Positions 23,977 to 31,428 of a stretch of DNA of 32,000 bases are shown piece by piece. The position numbers were made by a program, and so were the translations under genes. The notes below the pieces were generated by a model. The model was not told the DNA's origin, ran no database searches, and saw only the letters and a program-made list of their open reading frames with translations. Each line of letters opens with the position of its first letter. Within the stretch, counting starts at the first letter, position 1. The stretch is taken from assembly GCF_000019605.1 (NCBI RefSeq), contig NC_010482.1, positions 540,001-572,000 on the forward strand, given 5' to 3'. This DNA is from Candidatus Korarchaeum cryptofilum OPF8. GTDB lineage: Archaea > Korarchaeota > Korarchaeia > Korarchaeales > Korarchaeaceae.

Positions 23977-24348
23977 TTATGGGAGGGGCTCCTCGTTCCT
24001 CCAGAGGCCGTGTATATTGCATAAACTGAAGGCTATGAGCTTCCCCTTCTTCTTAGTCTTGAAGGTGAAGTGAGCTATCGGCTCGGTGTAAACTGTGCTC
24101 GTGTTGGGTCCTTGGGTCGACTCCCCGTGAGCGCTGAAATCTGCCTTCCCTATCTCAAACGGGTAGTTCTCACCCTCGGGCCAGAAGTAGAGGGAGATCC
24201 ACCTTATGTGGTGTTCAGTGGTATTCGGATGGGGTATCTCCTTCCCGACAGTCACTCTCACTGTAACTTGATCCTCCTTCCTCTCGACTATCTCTATGAC
24301 AGGGACGTGCTTCTCGGTCTTCCAATCCTGGGTCCTGAACATCTCCAT
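23977..24348 (-). CDS. sor: 1Fe superoxide reductase (neelaredoxin-type)
   Basis: EKHVPVIE, HPNTTEHHIRWISLY and CNIHGLW supply the His4-Cys iron ligands of SOR centre II. At 123 aa it lacks an N-terminal desulforedoxin domain. Confidence 0.9.
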   Translation of the reverse strand: MEMFRTQDWKTEKHVPVIEIVERKEDQVTVRVTVGKEIPHPNTTEHHIRWISLYFWPEGENYPFEIGKADFSAHGESTQGPNTSTVYTEPIAHFTFKTKKKGKLIAFSLCNIHGLWRNEEPLP

Positions 24349-24420
24349 GGTCTCGCCCCCGAGTTCAGAGTTACACTAAATTAAATTTTTGGTTCATCTC
24401 CCTAACGGGGAGTAGCTCGC

Positions 24421-24435
24421 CCTGAGAAGCTCAGG
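24421..24435. promoter_or_regulatory. Perfect palindrome CCTGAG-AAG-CTCAGG in the SOR/mntP divergent spacer
   Basis: The two 6-bp arms are separated by 3 nt. A second hairpin CTCCC-(TAACG)-GGGAG lies at 24398-24412. Both lie upstream of the putative SOR TATA (about 24375-24390) and of the mntP promoter-like boxes. Confidence 0.3.
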
Positions 24436-24490
24436 ATTTGATGAGTTGAGAGAAGTGCAAATATCAAAAATGGGCACCGAATTTTAAATC

Positions 24491-24505
24491 TTTAACTTTT
24501 TAATG
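24491..24505 (+). promoter_or_regulatory. Promoter-like box TTTAACTTTTTAATG, distal copy
   Basis: This 15-nt sequence is identical to 24558-24572, and both copies are followed by ...GATGC. No ORF of any length starts about 25 nt downstream of this copy. Confidence 0.3.
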
Positions 24506-24557
24506 CCTCTAGATGCCATGATTGTGCCCTAGCTTTCGGGGAATCCCGGGTAAACAA

Positions 24558-24572
24558 TTTAACTTTTTAATG
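24558..24572 (+). promoter_or_regulatory. Promoter-like box TTTAACTTTTTAATG, proximal copy (likely mntP TATA/BRE)
   Basis: The TATA-like CTTTTTAA lies 22-28 nt upstream of the mntP ATG at 24592, consistent with a leaderless or short-leader archaeal promoter. Confidence 0.4.
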
Positions 24573-24591
24573 TCCCGATGCTCAGAGGAAT

Positions 24592-25104
24592 ATGGATACC
24601 CTACTCACATCCATCAGCTTGGCCTTGGACTGCTTCTCGGTATCTATCTCAAACTCCGCTTGCTCCAATTATGTGAGAAAGGATGCGCTCACTTACGCGA
24701 CATCCTTCGGCTTCTTCCAATCCTTCATGCTCCTCTCCGGTTACTCCTTCGGGCTCCTCCTGGAATCTTACATACGGGCTTTCGATCACTGGATAGCCTT
24801 CCTGCTCCTCCTTTTCGCTGGAATGAATATGATAAGGGGAAATGAGGTGAAATCTGCCATGCTACTCATCCTATCGATAGCTACTAGCATAGATGCCCTA
24901 TCAGTCGGGATAGCCCTCTCCCTCTTGGGCCTAGAGATAATAACGCCTTCCTTGGTAGCCGGAGGCTCATCCTTCTTGCTCACGATAGCTGGCTACTGCT
25001 TGGGCTCGAGGCTGAGGGGGATAGGGGATAAATCTGAGAAAGTAGGGGGGCTAATATTAATAGGTATAGGAGTTAAGATCCTGATGGAGCATACATTGGG
25101 GTGA
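24592..25104 (+). CDS. mntP: Manganese efflux pump MntP family
   Basis: It has two DUF204 repeats with LALDCFSVSI and SIDALSVGIAL. Length is 170 aa with 6 TM. Confidence 0.75.
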   Translation: MDTLLTSISLALDCFSVSISNSACSNYVRKDALTYATSFGFFQSFMLLSGYSFGLLLESYIRAFDHWIAFLLLLFAGMNMIRGNEVKSAMLLILSIATSIDALSVGIALSLLGLEIITPSLVAGGSSFLLTIAGYCLGSRLRGIGDKSEKVGGLILIGIGVKILMEHTLG

Positions 25105-25119
25105 TCTTAACTAAAAACT

Positions 25120-25560
25120 TCAGGAGGGGCTCAGGACATACTCTATCGATACCCTCACGTCCCTCCCGACCAATTCCCTTATGGACTCCTCGATGACATC
25201 CTCTATCCCCTTGACGTACTTCAGGTCCTCTAGCTTGAGAGGATCCAGCTTGACCTGAGCCTTTAGAGCGTGCGGTTCCGCCTGGACCCTCACATCATCC
25301 GGCATCACGCCCAGATAGGAGGAGATGATCACTCTCGAGGATTCAACGAACTCTCCGGAGTATTGAGCTCTTTCATAAAGTTCCGCGGATGCCCTAGAAC
25401 TATTCACAATTAACACGGTGAGTGTGAATATTACGATAAGATATATGAATATCTTGGATTTCTCATTCCATAATTTTCCGGAACTAGTCACTCCTGATAT
25501 TAGGATCATGATTATCGTCAGGATAGCGCCTATCGACCCGAGTATGTGGATCCCCAGCAA
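25120..25560 (-). CDS. Small membrane protein (2 N-terminal TM plus soluble C-terminal domain, weak Asp23/AmaP-like flavour)
   Basis: 146 aa. A TTG start at 25560 overlaps the upstream gene by 31 nt. The alternative ATG at 25509 would truncate TM1. The C-terminus VRVQAEPHALKAQVKLDP...IEDVIEESIRELVGRDVRVSIEYV loosely recalls Asp23-family repeats. Confidence 0.45.
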   Translation of the reverse strand: MLGIHILGSIGAILTIIMILISGVTSSGKLWNEKSKIFIYLIVIFTLTVLIVNSSRASAELYERAQYSGEFVESSRVIISSYLGVMPDDVRVQAEPHALKAQVKLDPLKLEDLKYVKGIEDVIEESIRELVGRDVRVSIEYVLSPS

Positions 25561-27359
25561 ATAACCGGAGGAGAGCAGGATAAGATGAATAGTGTGAGGA
25601 CCTTCAAGCCAGCTATAACTTTCGATCTCTTACTGGAATTGCTTCCTCCGTTTTCCCTGAATTCACGAGCAGCTCTCAACATGTAAATGAAGGAGAGAGG
25701 GGCTAAGATTAAACAGATGGCTAGCTGGGTCCATTCAGGTATCTGGAAGGGTATTATTGAAGAAATTGCGATCAAGATGGGAGAAATCATGTTAATAGAT
25801 GCTTTATGAAGGGAAGATATATGGGGGGATGCGCTAGTAATTAAGAAGGCGAAGATCAGAGATATTATGAGGATCAAGGCGATCCATGAGACCCTCCTGG
25901 TCAAGGATGTAGCGACTTCCCTCAGACTTTCCCCCTCTCTGAGACCCATCAGGACCCTCCATAGCTTGAAGAATTCCGAGGCATTAATGTTCCTGAAGGC
26001 CGGAATCATCAAATACACCCTAGCTAAAACGTAGCCAGTCGTCATCAGAGCGATGAAGTTCACTAAGAGGAGAGCTAAGCTCCCGGAGAAAATGGCTGGA
26101 TCCATCATCGCTATAGAGATACCAACAGCTGAAGCTGGCGGAACTAGGGTTATAGCTAGAGCTGAAGCTATTAGATCCCCTATCTCTTCCCTATATATGA
26201 GGGATTGAGCCCCTATTATCCCAGCGCAAGTAGCCATGATGAGATCTACTAAATTTGGTGAGGCCATGGTGAGGAGCTGAGATTTCGCTTGTAGGGGGAC
26301 GAAGCTCCTGCCTATCCAGGCTATGAAGAAAGATGTGAGTATTATGAGGGAGATCCCCTTTATTATTTCCCTTTCTTGAAGTGAGCCACGAGAGCTGGAG
26401 CCGTGAAGGGATAGAAGTATAGCGAACGCGATTATATCTCCCATCAAGCTGGATAAGAACATTGAGGCTATTATAGCGATTAAATTATCGGTCATTAAGC
26501 CTATAGATGCAAGTACACTCGCTAAAATAAGTCTGAGATACTCTTTTGAGTCTTTTAGAGATTCCATTTCCTTCTCAGCTTTTTTAATCAATTTCTCGGT
26601 CCTTTCATATATCTCAGGATCCTTCGACTCAAGCTTAGACTTCAGCTCGGGGTAGCTCATGTAGAGAGGGTAGAGGAAAACGAGAATCAGTAGTAGCAAG
26701 AGCATAGCTGAGAAGAGCTTCGCCCAGAACTCATGAGTCTCAGGAGGTAACTCGAGGAAAGATTCTAGAGGAACTAGGGAGGACCAGAGGAAGGCTTCAT
26801 ATCCGCTGACCTTAAGGAGCTTCTCAGATAGCTCATCTATTGAATTGGAGATATTTATGAAGAGAAGGGAAGCATTTTCAGGACTCCTTCTCTCTATTAC
26901 CAGCCTAGATAAATTTCCGAATTTCTCGTAAAGAGTTTTCCTCTCCTCATCGAAGTAGCTAGCATTTTCCAGTAGTTTACTGACCCTAGAGTAACTAGCC
27001 TCGAATTTGAGGAGTTTGGAGCTCAAATTAGCCAAGCTGTTCGGTGAGGGGGCTACGTAAATACGATAAAGCATCGATAAGTTCAACTCGGTTAACGAGA
27101 TCTTGAGAGTATACTCCCCGGGCTCACTCGGGAACTTCATCCTTAAGTTCACGCGGCCAGCTGATGAAACGAGAGATAGCTCATCTAAGGCATTCAGATC
27201 CTTCATTAGAGTCGCTTTAACATGAATTGAGCCGTTAAATGGCATTTCCAGCTCGAGATCATAGTAGCCTCCCTCGATCCACTCGGGGACATGAAGCTGT
27301 GGTTGCGCGCCCGCAGACAGGATAGGGATAAATAATATTAAGAGGAGGAGGACTCTCAT
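25530..27359 (-). CDS. DUF389-type polytopic membrane protein with a roughly 200 aa N-terminal extracellular/helical extension
   Basis: IASMFLSSLMGDIIAFAI and ALAITLVPPASAVGISIAM match the two conserved DUF389 blocks. I prefer ATG 27359 (MRVLLLLILFIPILSAGA, a signal peptide) because TTTATATAAA at 27381-27390 sits 22-31 nt upstream of it. The track start is 27410. Confidence 0.6.
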   Translation of the reverse strand: MRVLLLLILFIPILSAGAQPQLHVPEWIEGGYYDLELEMPFNGSIHVKATLMKDLNALDELSLVSSAGRVNLRMKFPSEPGEYTLKISLTELNLSMLYRIYVAPSPNSLANLSSKLLKFEASYSRVSKLLENASYFDEERKTLYEKFGNLSRLVIERRSPENASLLFINISNSIDELSEKLLKVSGYEAFLWSSLVPLESFLELPPETHEFWAKLFSAMLLLLLILVFLYPLYMSYPELKSKLESKDPEIYERTEKLIKKAEKEMESLKDSKEYLRLILASVLASIGLMTDNLIAIIASMFLSSLMGDIIAFAILLSLHGSSSRGSLQEREIIKGISLIILTSFFIAWIGRSFVPLQAKSQLLTMASPNLVDLIMATCAGIIGAQSLIYREEIGDLIASALAITLVPPASAVGISIAMMDPAIFSGSLALLLVNFIALMTTGYVLARVYLMIPAFRNINASEFFKLWRVLMGLREGESLREVATSLTRRVSWIALILIISLIFAFLITSASPHISSLHKASINMISPILIAISSIIPFQIPEWTQLAICLILAPLSFIYMLRAAREFRENGGSNSSKRSKVIAGLKVLTLFILSCSPPVICWGSTYSGR

Positions 27360-27380
27360 CGAGCTGAATTGAGGGTGCGT

Positions 27381-27390
27381 TTTATATAAA
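27381..27390 (-). promoter_or_regulatory. TATA-box-like TTTATATAAA for the DUF389 gene
   Basis: It lies 22-31 nt upstream of ATG 27359, the start of a clean signal peptide. Confidence 0.35.
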
Positions 27391-27522
27391 GATTCTCCAT
27401 TGAATCCCATATTTAAGTACCCAAGCTGTATATTAGAAAAATTCTCGATGAATGTTGAATGTATGAGACTTCATGAAGATTACCCTCGATTAACAATATA
27501 TCGGGGACCGGTAAGGTGACCT

Positions 27523-28131
27523 ATGTGCATAGAGGAGGTCGGTATCTCAGCGATCCAGATATTCGCTATACTGAACCCCATAAGCGTGATACCTATCTTC
27601 CTCTCCCTGACCGAGGGCAGGGATGAGGGCGAGGTGAGGAGGATAGTGGGGGTCGTCTCGGTAGCTATCTTCATCATGATGTCCATATTCTCCTTAGCCG
27701 GAGAGCTAATCCTCAAGCTTATGGGGATAAGCGTCAGGGGGCTCAAGATAGGGGGAGGCGCTATACTCATGGTGCTAGCGGTCGATATGCTCCAGGGGAT
27801 GCCGAGGACTAAGAGCGTCGAGGAAGAGGAGCTCGCTATAGTTCCTCTATCCACTCCCCTGCTAGTAGGTCCCGGGACCATGACAACAATACTCCTCCTA
27901 TCCAACAAGTACTCCGGGACTTACGGTTACTTATGCTCCTCCCTCATCCTGACCCTAGCCTCGGCTTTAGTTACGGTAGCTAGCTACTTGATACTCAGGA
28001 ACTCGGGGAAGCTCAGGAAAGTCCTGGGGGTCAACGGTCTGAGGGGGCTCGGTAGGTTCATGGCCATAATAGTGGCTGCGACGGCAGCGGATATGATCTC
28101 CTCCGGTATCCTAGATTTCATTAAGAGCTAG
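27523..28131 (+). CDS. MarC-family (UPF0056) integral membrane protein
   Basis: FAILNPISVIPIFLSLT is the MarC N-terminal signature. Length is 202 aa with 6 TM. The antisense track ORF 27480..27908 is rejected. Confidence 0.75.
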   Translation: MCIEEVGISAIQIFAILNPISVIPIFLSLTEGRDEGEVRRIVGVVSVAIFIMMSIFSLAGELILKLMGISVRGLKIGGGAILMVLAVDMLQGMPRTKSVEEEELAIVPLSTPLLVGPGTMTTILLLSNKYSGTYGYLCSSLILTLASALVTVASYLILRNSGKLRKVLGVNGLRGLGRFMAIIVAATAADMISSGILDFIKS

Positions 28132-29218
28132 ACCAGGATCTGAGGGAAAACTTCCTCAATTTCTCTTCGAGAACTTCAACTCCTATTCCTGGGGCTCCAG
28201 GAGCTCTTATAGTACCTCTGGATGTCAGCTCCCAGGGGGGATCGACTATATCCTCCTCGTAATATCTGCTGCTGGCTGATATGTCATTAGGGAACTTCAC
28301 GTTCGGGAGGGTGGCTGCAGCCACCAAATGGCCCCTGCCTATCCCAGTCTCGAGCATTCCCCCTATCCAGATTGGCATGCCGACGCTCTCGCAGAAATCA
28401 TGTATAATTTTGGAGTTGAGGAGGCCCCCGACTCTAGCTGGCTTCAAGTTTATTATTGAACAACTGCCAAGCCTGTAAGCTTTGTAAGAATCCTCAGGTT
28501 TCTTTATGGATTCATCCAAGCATATGGGCGTCTTGAGCATCTTAGCGAGGATGGAGTGATCGACTAGATCATCGTAATCCAGGGGCTGCTCTATCATCAG
28601 GAGCTCATATTTATCCAGTTCCTTCAGGGAGGGCCAGTCCTGAAGCCTGTAAGCTGCGTTAGCATCAACCTGGAGCTTTATATCCGGATATTCCCTCCTA
28701 ACGGCCCCAACTATATCCTTATCCCATCCGGGCTTTATCTTAAGCTTTATCCTCCTGTATCCCTCATCCAAGTAGGAGGAAACTACCCTCAGGAGCTCAT
28801 CCACGCTCCTCTGTATCCCTACGCTGACACCGCTCTCTATCTCCTCCCTAACACCACCCAGCAGCTTCCACAATGGAATGGAATTCTTTTTGGCTTCCAG
28901 ATCCCAGAGGGCCATTTCAGCACCAGCTTTCGCCATCTGATGCCCCCTGACATTCCTAACTTTATTCAGGAATTCATTTGGATCCTTAGCTTCCATTAAG
29001 GGCTTCGAAAGGAATTCCTTTATTATGTAGAAGGCTGTCTCCGATGTCTCATATGAGTAGAAAGGCTGGGAATCAGCTGGAGCCTCTCCCCAGCCGACTA
29101 AGCAATCTTCCTCCAGCCTCACTATCACGCACTGTCTCCTCTCGCTCACCCCAGAGCTTATCTCGAAAGGAGCTAAGAGGGGCATCTCCACCAGGAATAT
29201 TTCAAGCTTTCTTCCCAC
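28121..29218 (-). CDS. Enolase-superfamily enzyme of the o-succinylbenzoate synthase / N-acylamino-acid racemase type
   Basis: The full catalytic set is visible: RIKLKIKPGWD (KxK), LQVDANAAY (Asp), LLMIEQPL (Glu), ICLDESI (Asp) and INLKPARVGG (Lys). The GTG start at 29218 overlaps the HMGR stop by 17 nt. Confidence 0.75.
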   Translation of the reverse strand: MGRKLEIFLVEMPLLAPFEISSGVSERRQCVIVRLEEDCLVGWGEAPADSQPFYSYETSETAFYIIKEFLSKPLMEAKDPNEFLNKVRNVRGHQMAKAGAEMALWDLEAKKNSIPLWKLLGGVREEIESGVSVGIQRSVDELLRVVSSYLDEGYRRIKLKIKPGWDKDIVGAVRREYPDIKLQVDANAAYRLQDWPSLKELDKYELLMIEQPLDYDDLVDHSILAKMLKTPICLDESIKKPEDSYKAYRLGSCSIINLKPARVGGLLNSKIIHDFCESVGMPIWIGGMLETGIGRGHLVAAATLPNVKFPNDISASSRYYEEDIVDPPWELTSRGTIRAPGAPGIGVEVLEEKLRKFSLRSWSSS

Positions 29219-30473
29219 TCCTCATCTCCTCCAGTATCTGCTTAGCCCTCTCGACGTTTATCTTCCTCTCCCTTATCATCCTCTCAACGACCTCATCGAT
29301 CTCGCTCGGGGAAGCGCCTACTGACATAGCTATATTCCTCGCGTGGAGCTTCATATGGCCCGCTTGTATGCCCTCCGTAGCCAGAGCCCTCAGAGCTGCG
29401 AAGTTCTGAGCTAGGCCAACTGAAGCCATTATCATAGCTAATTCCCTTGCTTTCTCAACTCCCAATATTTTCAGGGCTATCTTAGCTATAGGATGGACTC
29501 TAACGACACCTCCAACAGTTCCCACTGCTAATGGGAGCTCTATGCTACCCCAGAGGTCCCCGTTATCATCCACCCAGTAGTTAGTGAGGGTAGTGTACTT
29601 CCCGCTCCTAGCGGCATAACTGTGAGCTCCAGCCTCCAAAGCCCTAGTGTCCTGGCCTGTCGCCAGAGCTACAGCTATTATACCGTTCATTATCCCCTTA
29701 TTGTGTGTAGCAGCCCTGTAAGGATCGTGTTTAGCGAATCTGTAGGCCCACATTATCCCCTCGACGACTTCCTCCCCTCCTATCGCTGCCTTCGAGAACT
29801 TGGCTTTAGCTCTAGCCAACCTTCTATCAGCTAAATTCGATATTATCCTCAAATAGACCTTCCCCCCTGTTAATCTCTCTATAGTAGGGGCCAGGCCCTC
29901 AGCCATTGTATTGACAGTATTAGCCCCCATCGCATCTAAAGTATCCACTAAGAGGTGAACTATGAGCATCGGCCCGGCTTCGGTGCCCACGACTCTAACC
30001 TCGAGATCCCTAGCCCCTCCTCCGAGTCTAGTCAGTAGGGGATCCATCTCATTAGCAGCTGCTATCAGCTTGTCCTTCTCGGCCATTATCCTCCTGATCG
30101 CCTCCTCGAGATCGGGGACCTTGACTACCTGTATCTGAGATATCATTATTGAATCAGTGGCCTCCGCTTCGAATCCCCCGGAATCCCTGGCCATCTTAGC
30201 TGCATTACTAGCGGCAGCTACTACACTGGGCTCCTCTATTACCATGGGGATCAAGTAATCCTTCCCGTTTATCAGGAAGTTAGTAGCTATAGCGAAGGGG
30301 AGGGAGTAAAGGCCTATGACGTTCTCTATCATGTGATCAGCGACTTCCCTGGGGAGCTTACCCTCTCTCAGTACCTCAACTTCTTCATCGGTCAGGCCAG
30401 CGAATTCCCTAACTATCTTTAGCCTCTCATCCATCGGGAGATTGTAGAACCCGGATATCCTGGAAGTTCGCAT
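29202..30473 (-). CDS. Class II hydroxymethylglutaryl-CoA reductase
   Basis: ENVIGLYSLPFAIATNFLINGKDYLIPMVIEEPSVVAAASNAAKMA, DAMGANTVNTMAE and ALATEGIQAGHMKLHARNIA closely follow the class II (Pseudomonas mevalonii-type) signatures, including the catalytic His context. Length is 423 aa. Confidence 0.85.
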   Translation of the reverse strand: MRTSRISGFYNLPMDERLKIVREFAGLTDEEVEVLREGKLPREVADHMIENVIGLYSLPFAIATNFLINGKDYLIPMVIEEPSVVAAASNAAKMARDSGGFEAEATDSIMISQIQVVKVPDLEEAIRRIMAEKDKLIAAANEMDPLLTRLGGGARDLEVRVVGTEAGPMLIVHLLVDTLDAMGANTVNTMAEGLAPTIERLTGGKVYLRIISNLADRRLARAKAKFSKAAIGGEEVVEGIMWAYRFAKHDPYRAATHNKGIMNGIIAVALATGQDTRALEAGAHSYAARSGKYTTLTNYWVDDNGDLWGSIELPLAVGTVGGVVRVHPIAKIALKILGVEKARELAMIMASVGLAQNFAALRALATEGIQAGHMKLHARNIAMSVGASPSEIDEVVERMIRERKINVERAKQILEEMRSGKKA

Positions 30474-30520
30474 AGCTCATTCACCATTTATTTAATATTA
30501 CCATTACGCCCGGGGATGTC

Positions 30521-31336
30521 TTGCTAGCGTTAGCTGCGGCTATATTCGCGGGGTGCGTCTGGGGCATAACCCCCAGCTTGTACGCTCAAGCATCTAGAGA
30601 AGGCGGATCTGCTAGGGCTAATTTCTGGAAGTCCTTAGGAGCCCTATCAGTACTCCTCCTCCTTTATCTAAGTAACTTCGAGCTGCCCTCGCGAGTAGCG
30701 ATGATTTACATAATCCTGAACGCAGCTCTCGGCACTGGAATAGCCGATTACTCATTCCTGAAGTCTATAGCCATTATAGGGCCGAGCAGAGCGACGCCCA
30801 TAGGATTCACTTACCTAATATGGACGGCCATACTCCCCAGCATAATGATAGGGGAACCATTCTCAGCCTTCGTTCTTTTAGGGGCTGCTCTCGCTTTCCT
30901 CGGGATATGGCTCATCTCGAGGGGCTCAGGGGAGTGGAAGATGAGAGGGATAGTCTTGAGCCTAATAGCATCCATAGGGTGGACCCTCAGCCCTATAGCG
31001 GCTAAACAAGCCCTGAATTATGTCAGCGAGGTGACCTTAGCCACTTGGAACTCGATAATAGTGGCTTCCCTCTACCTCATGCTCTCCCTCCCGAGCCCTA
31101 GGGTGAGGGGTCAGGGGAAAGCAGCTCTAGGGGGGATGATAGGGGTGGGCATATCCCTACCGCTCTACTTCTACGCTGTCAGGGAGCTAGGTGTGGCTCT
31201 AGCTTCACTGACGACAGCACTCGCTCCCCCAGTCTCCCAGATAGCCTCTGCCCTTAGTGGAAATAAATTGAATAGAAATGAAGTTATTGGTACAATATTA
31301 ATAACAGCTGGGATAATAATAGCTATATCAATTTAG
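30521..31336 (+). CDS. EamA/DMT-family transporter
   Basis: 271 aa with about 9-10 TM and two EamA-like halves. It uses a TTG start. A TATA-like ATTTATTTAATATT lies 22-35 nt upstream. Confidence 0.6.
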   Translation: MLALAAAIFAGCVWGITPSLYAQASREGGSARANFWKSLGALSVLLLLYLSNFELPSRVAMIYIILNAALGTGIADYSFLKSIAIIGPSRATPIGFTYLIWTAILPSIMIGEPFSAFVLLGAALAFLGIWLISRGSGEWKMRGIVLSLIASIGWTLSPIAAKQALNYVSEVTLATWNSIIVASLYLMLSLPSPRVRGQGKAALGGMIGVGISLPLYFYAVRELGVALASLTTALAPPVSQIASALSGNKLNRNEVIGTILITAGIIIAISI

Positions 31337-31428
31337 ATCTCTTCGAGATACCTTATGAAGCTCTCGGAGGTGAAAAGACGCTCCTTTCACTCGTAACCTT
31401 TATTTGAAATTGAGGTAGCATAATCTGG

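Noticed and set aside
24411-24444. A tRNA-like GTAGCTC string, and CUGA / UGAUGA boxes suggesting a tRNA or a C/D-box sRNA
   Set aside because: No acceptor stem or T-arm can be drawn. For a C/D sRNA, the terminal C and D boxes at the expected 12-nt guide spacing are missing on both strands.
24522-24845. 107 aa plus-strand ORF starting at TTG upstream of mntP
   Set aside because: It is out of frame with and overlaps the well-supported mntP gene. Its translation is Leu/Arg/Pro-rich. It was considered as the target of the distal promoter-like box but is not credible as a gene.
27480-27908. 142 aa minus-strand ORF
   Set aside because: It overlaps the plus-strand MarC-family gene, which carries the NPISVIPIFLSLT signature. 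The antisense product is Ser/Thr/Ile-rich with no motif.
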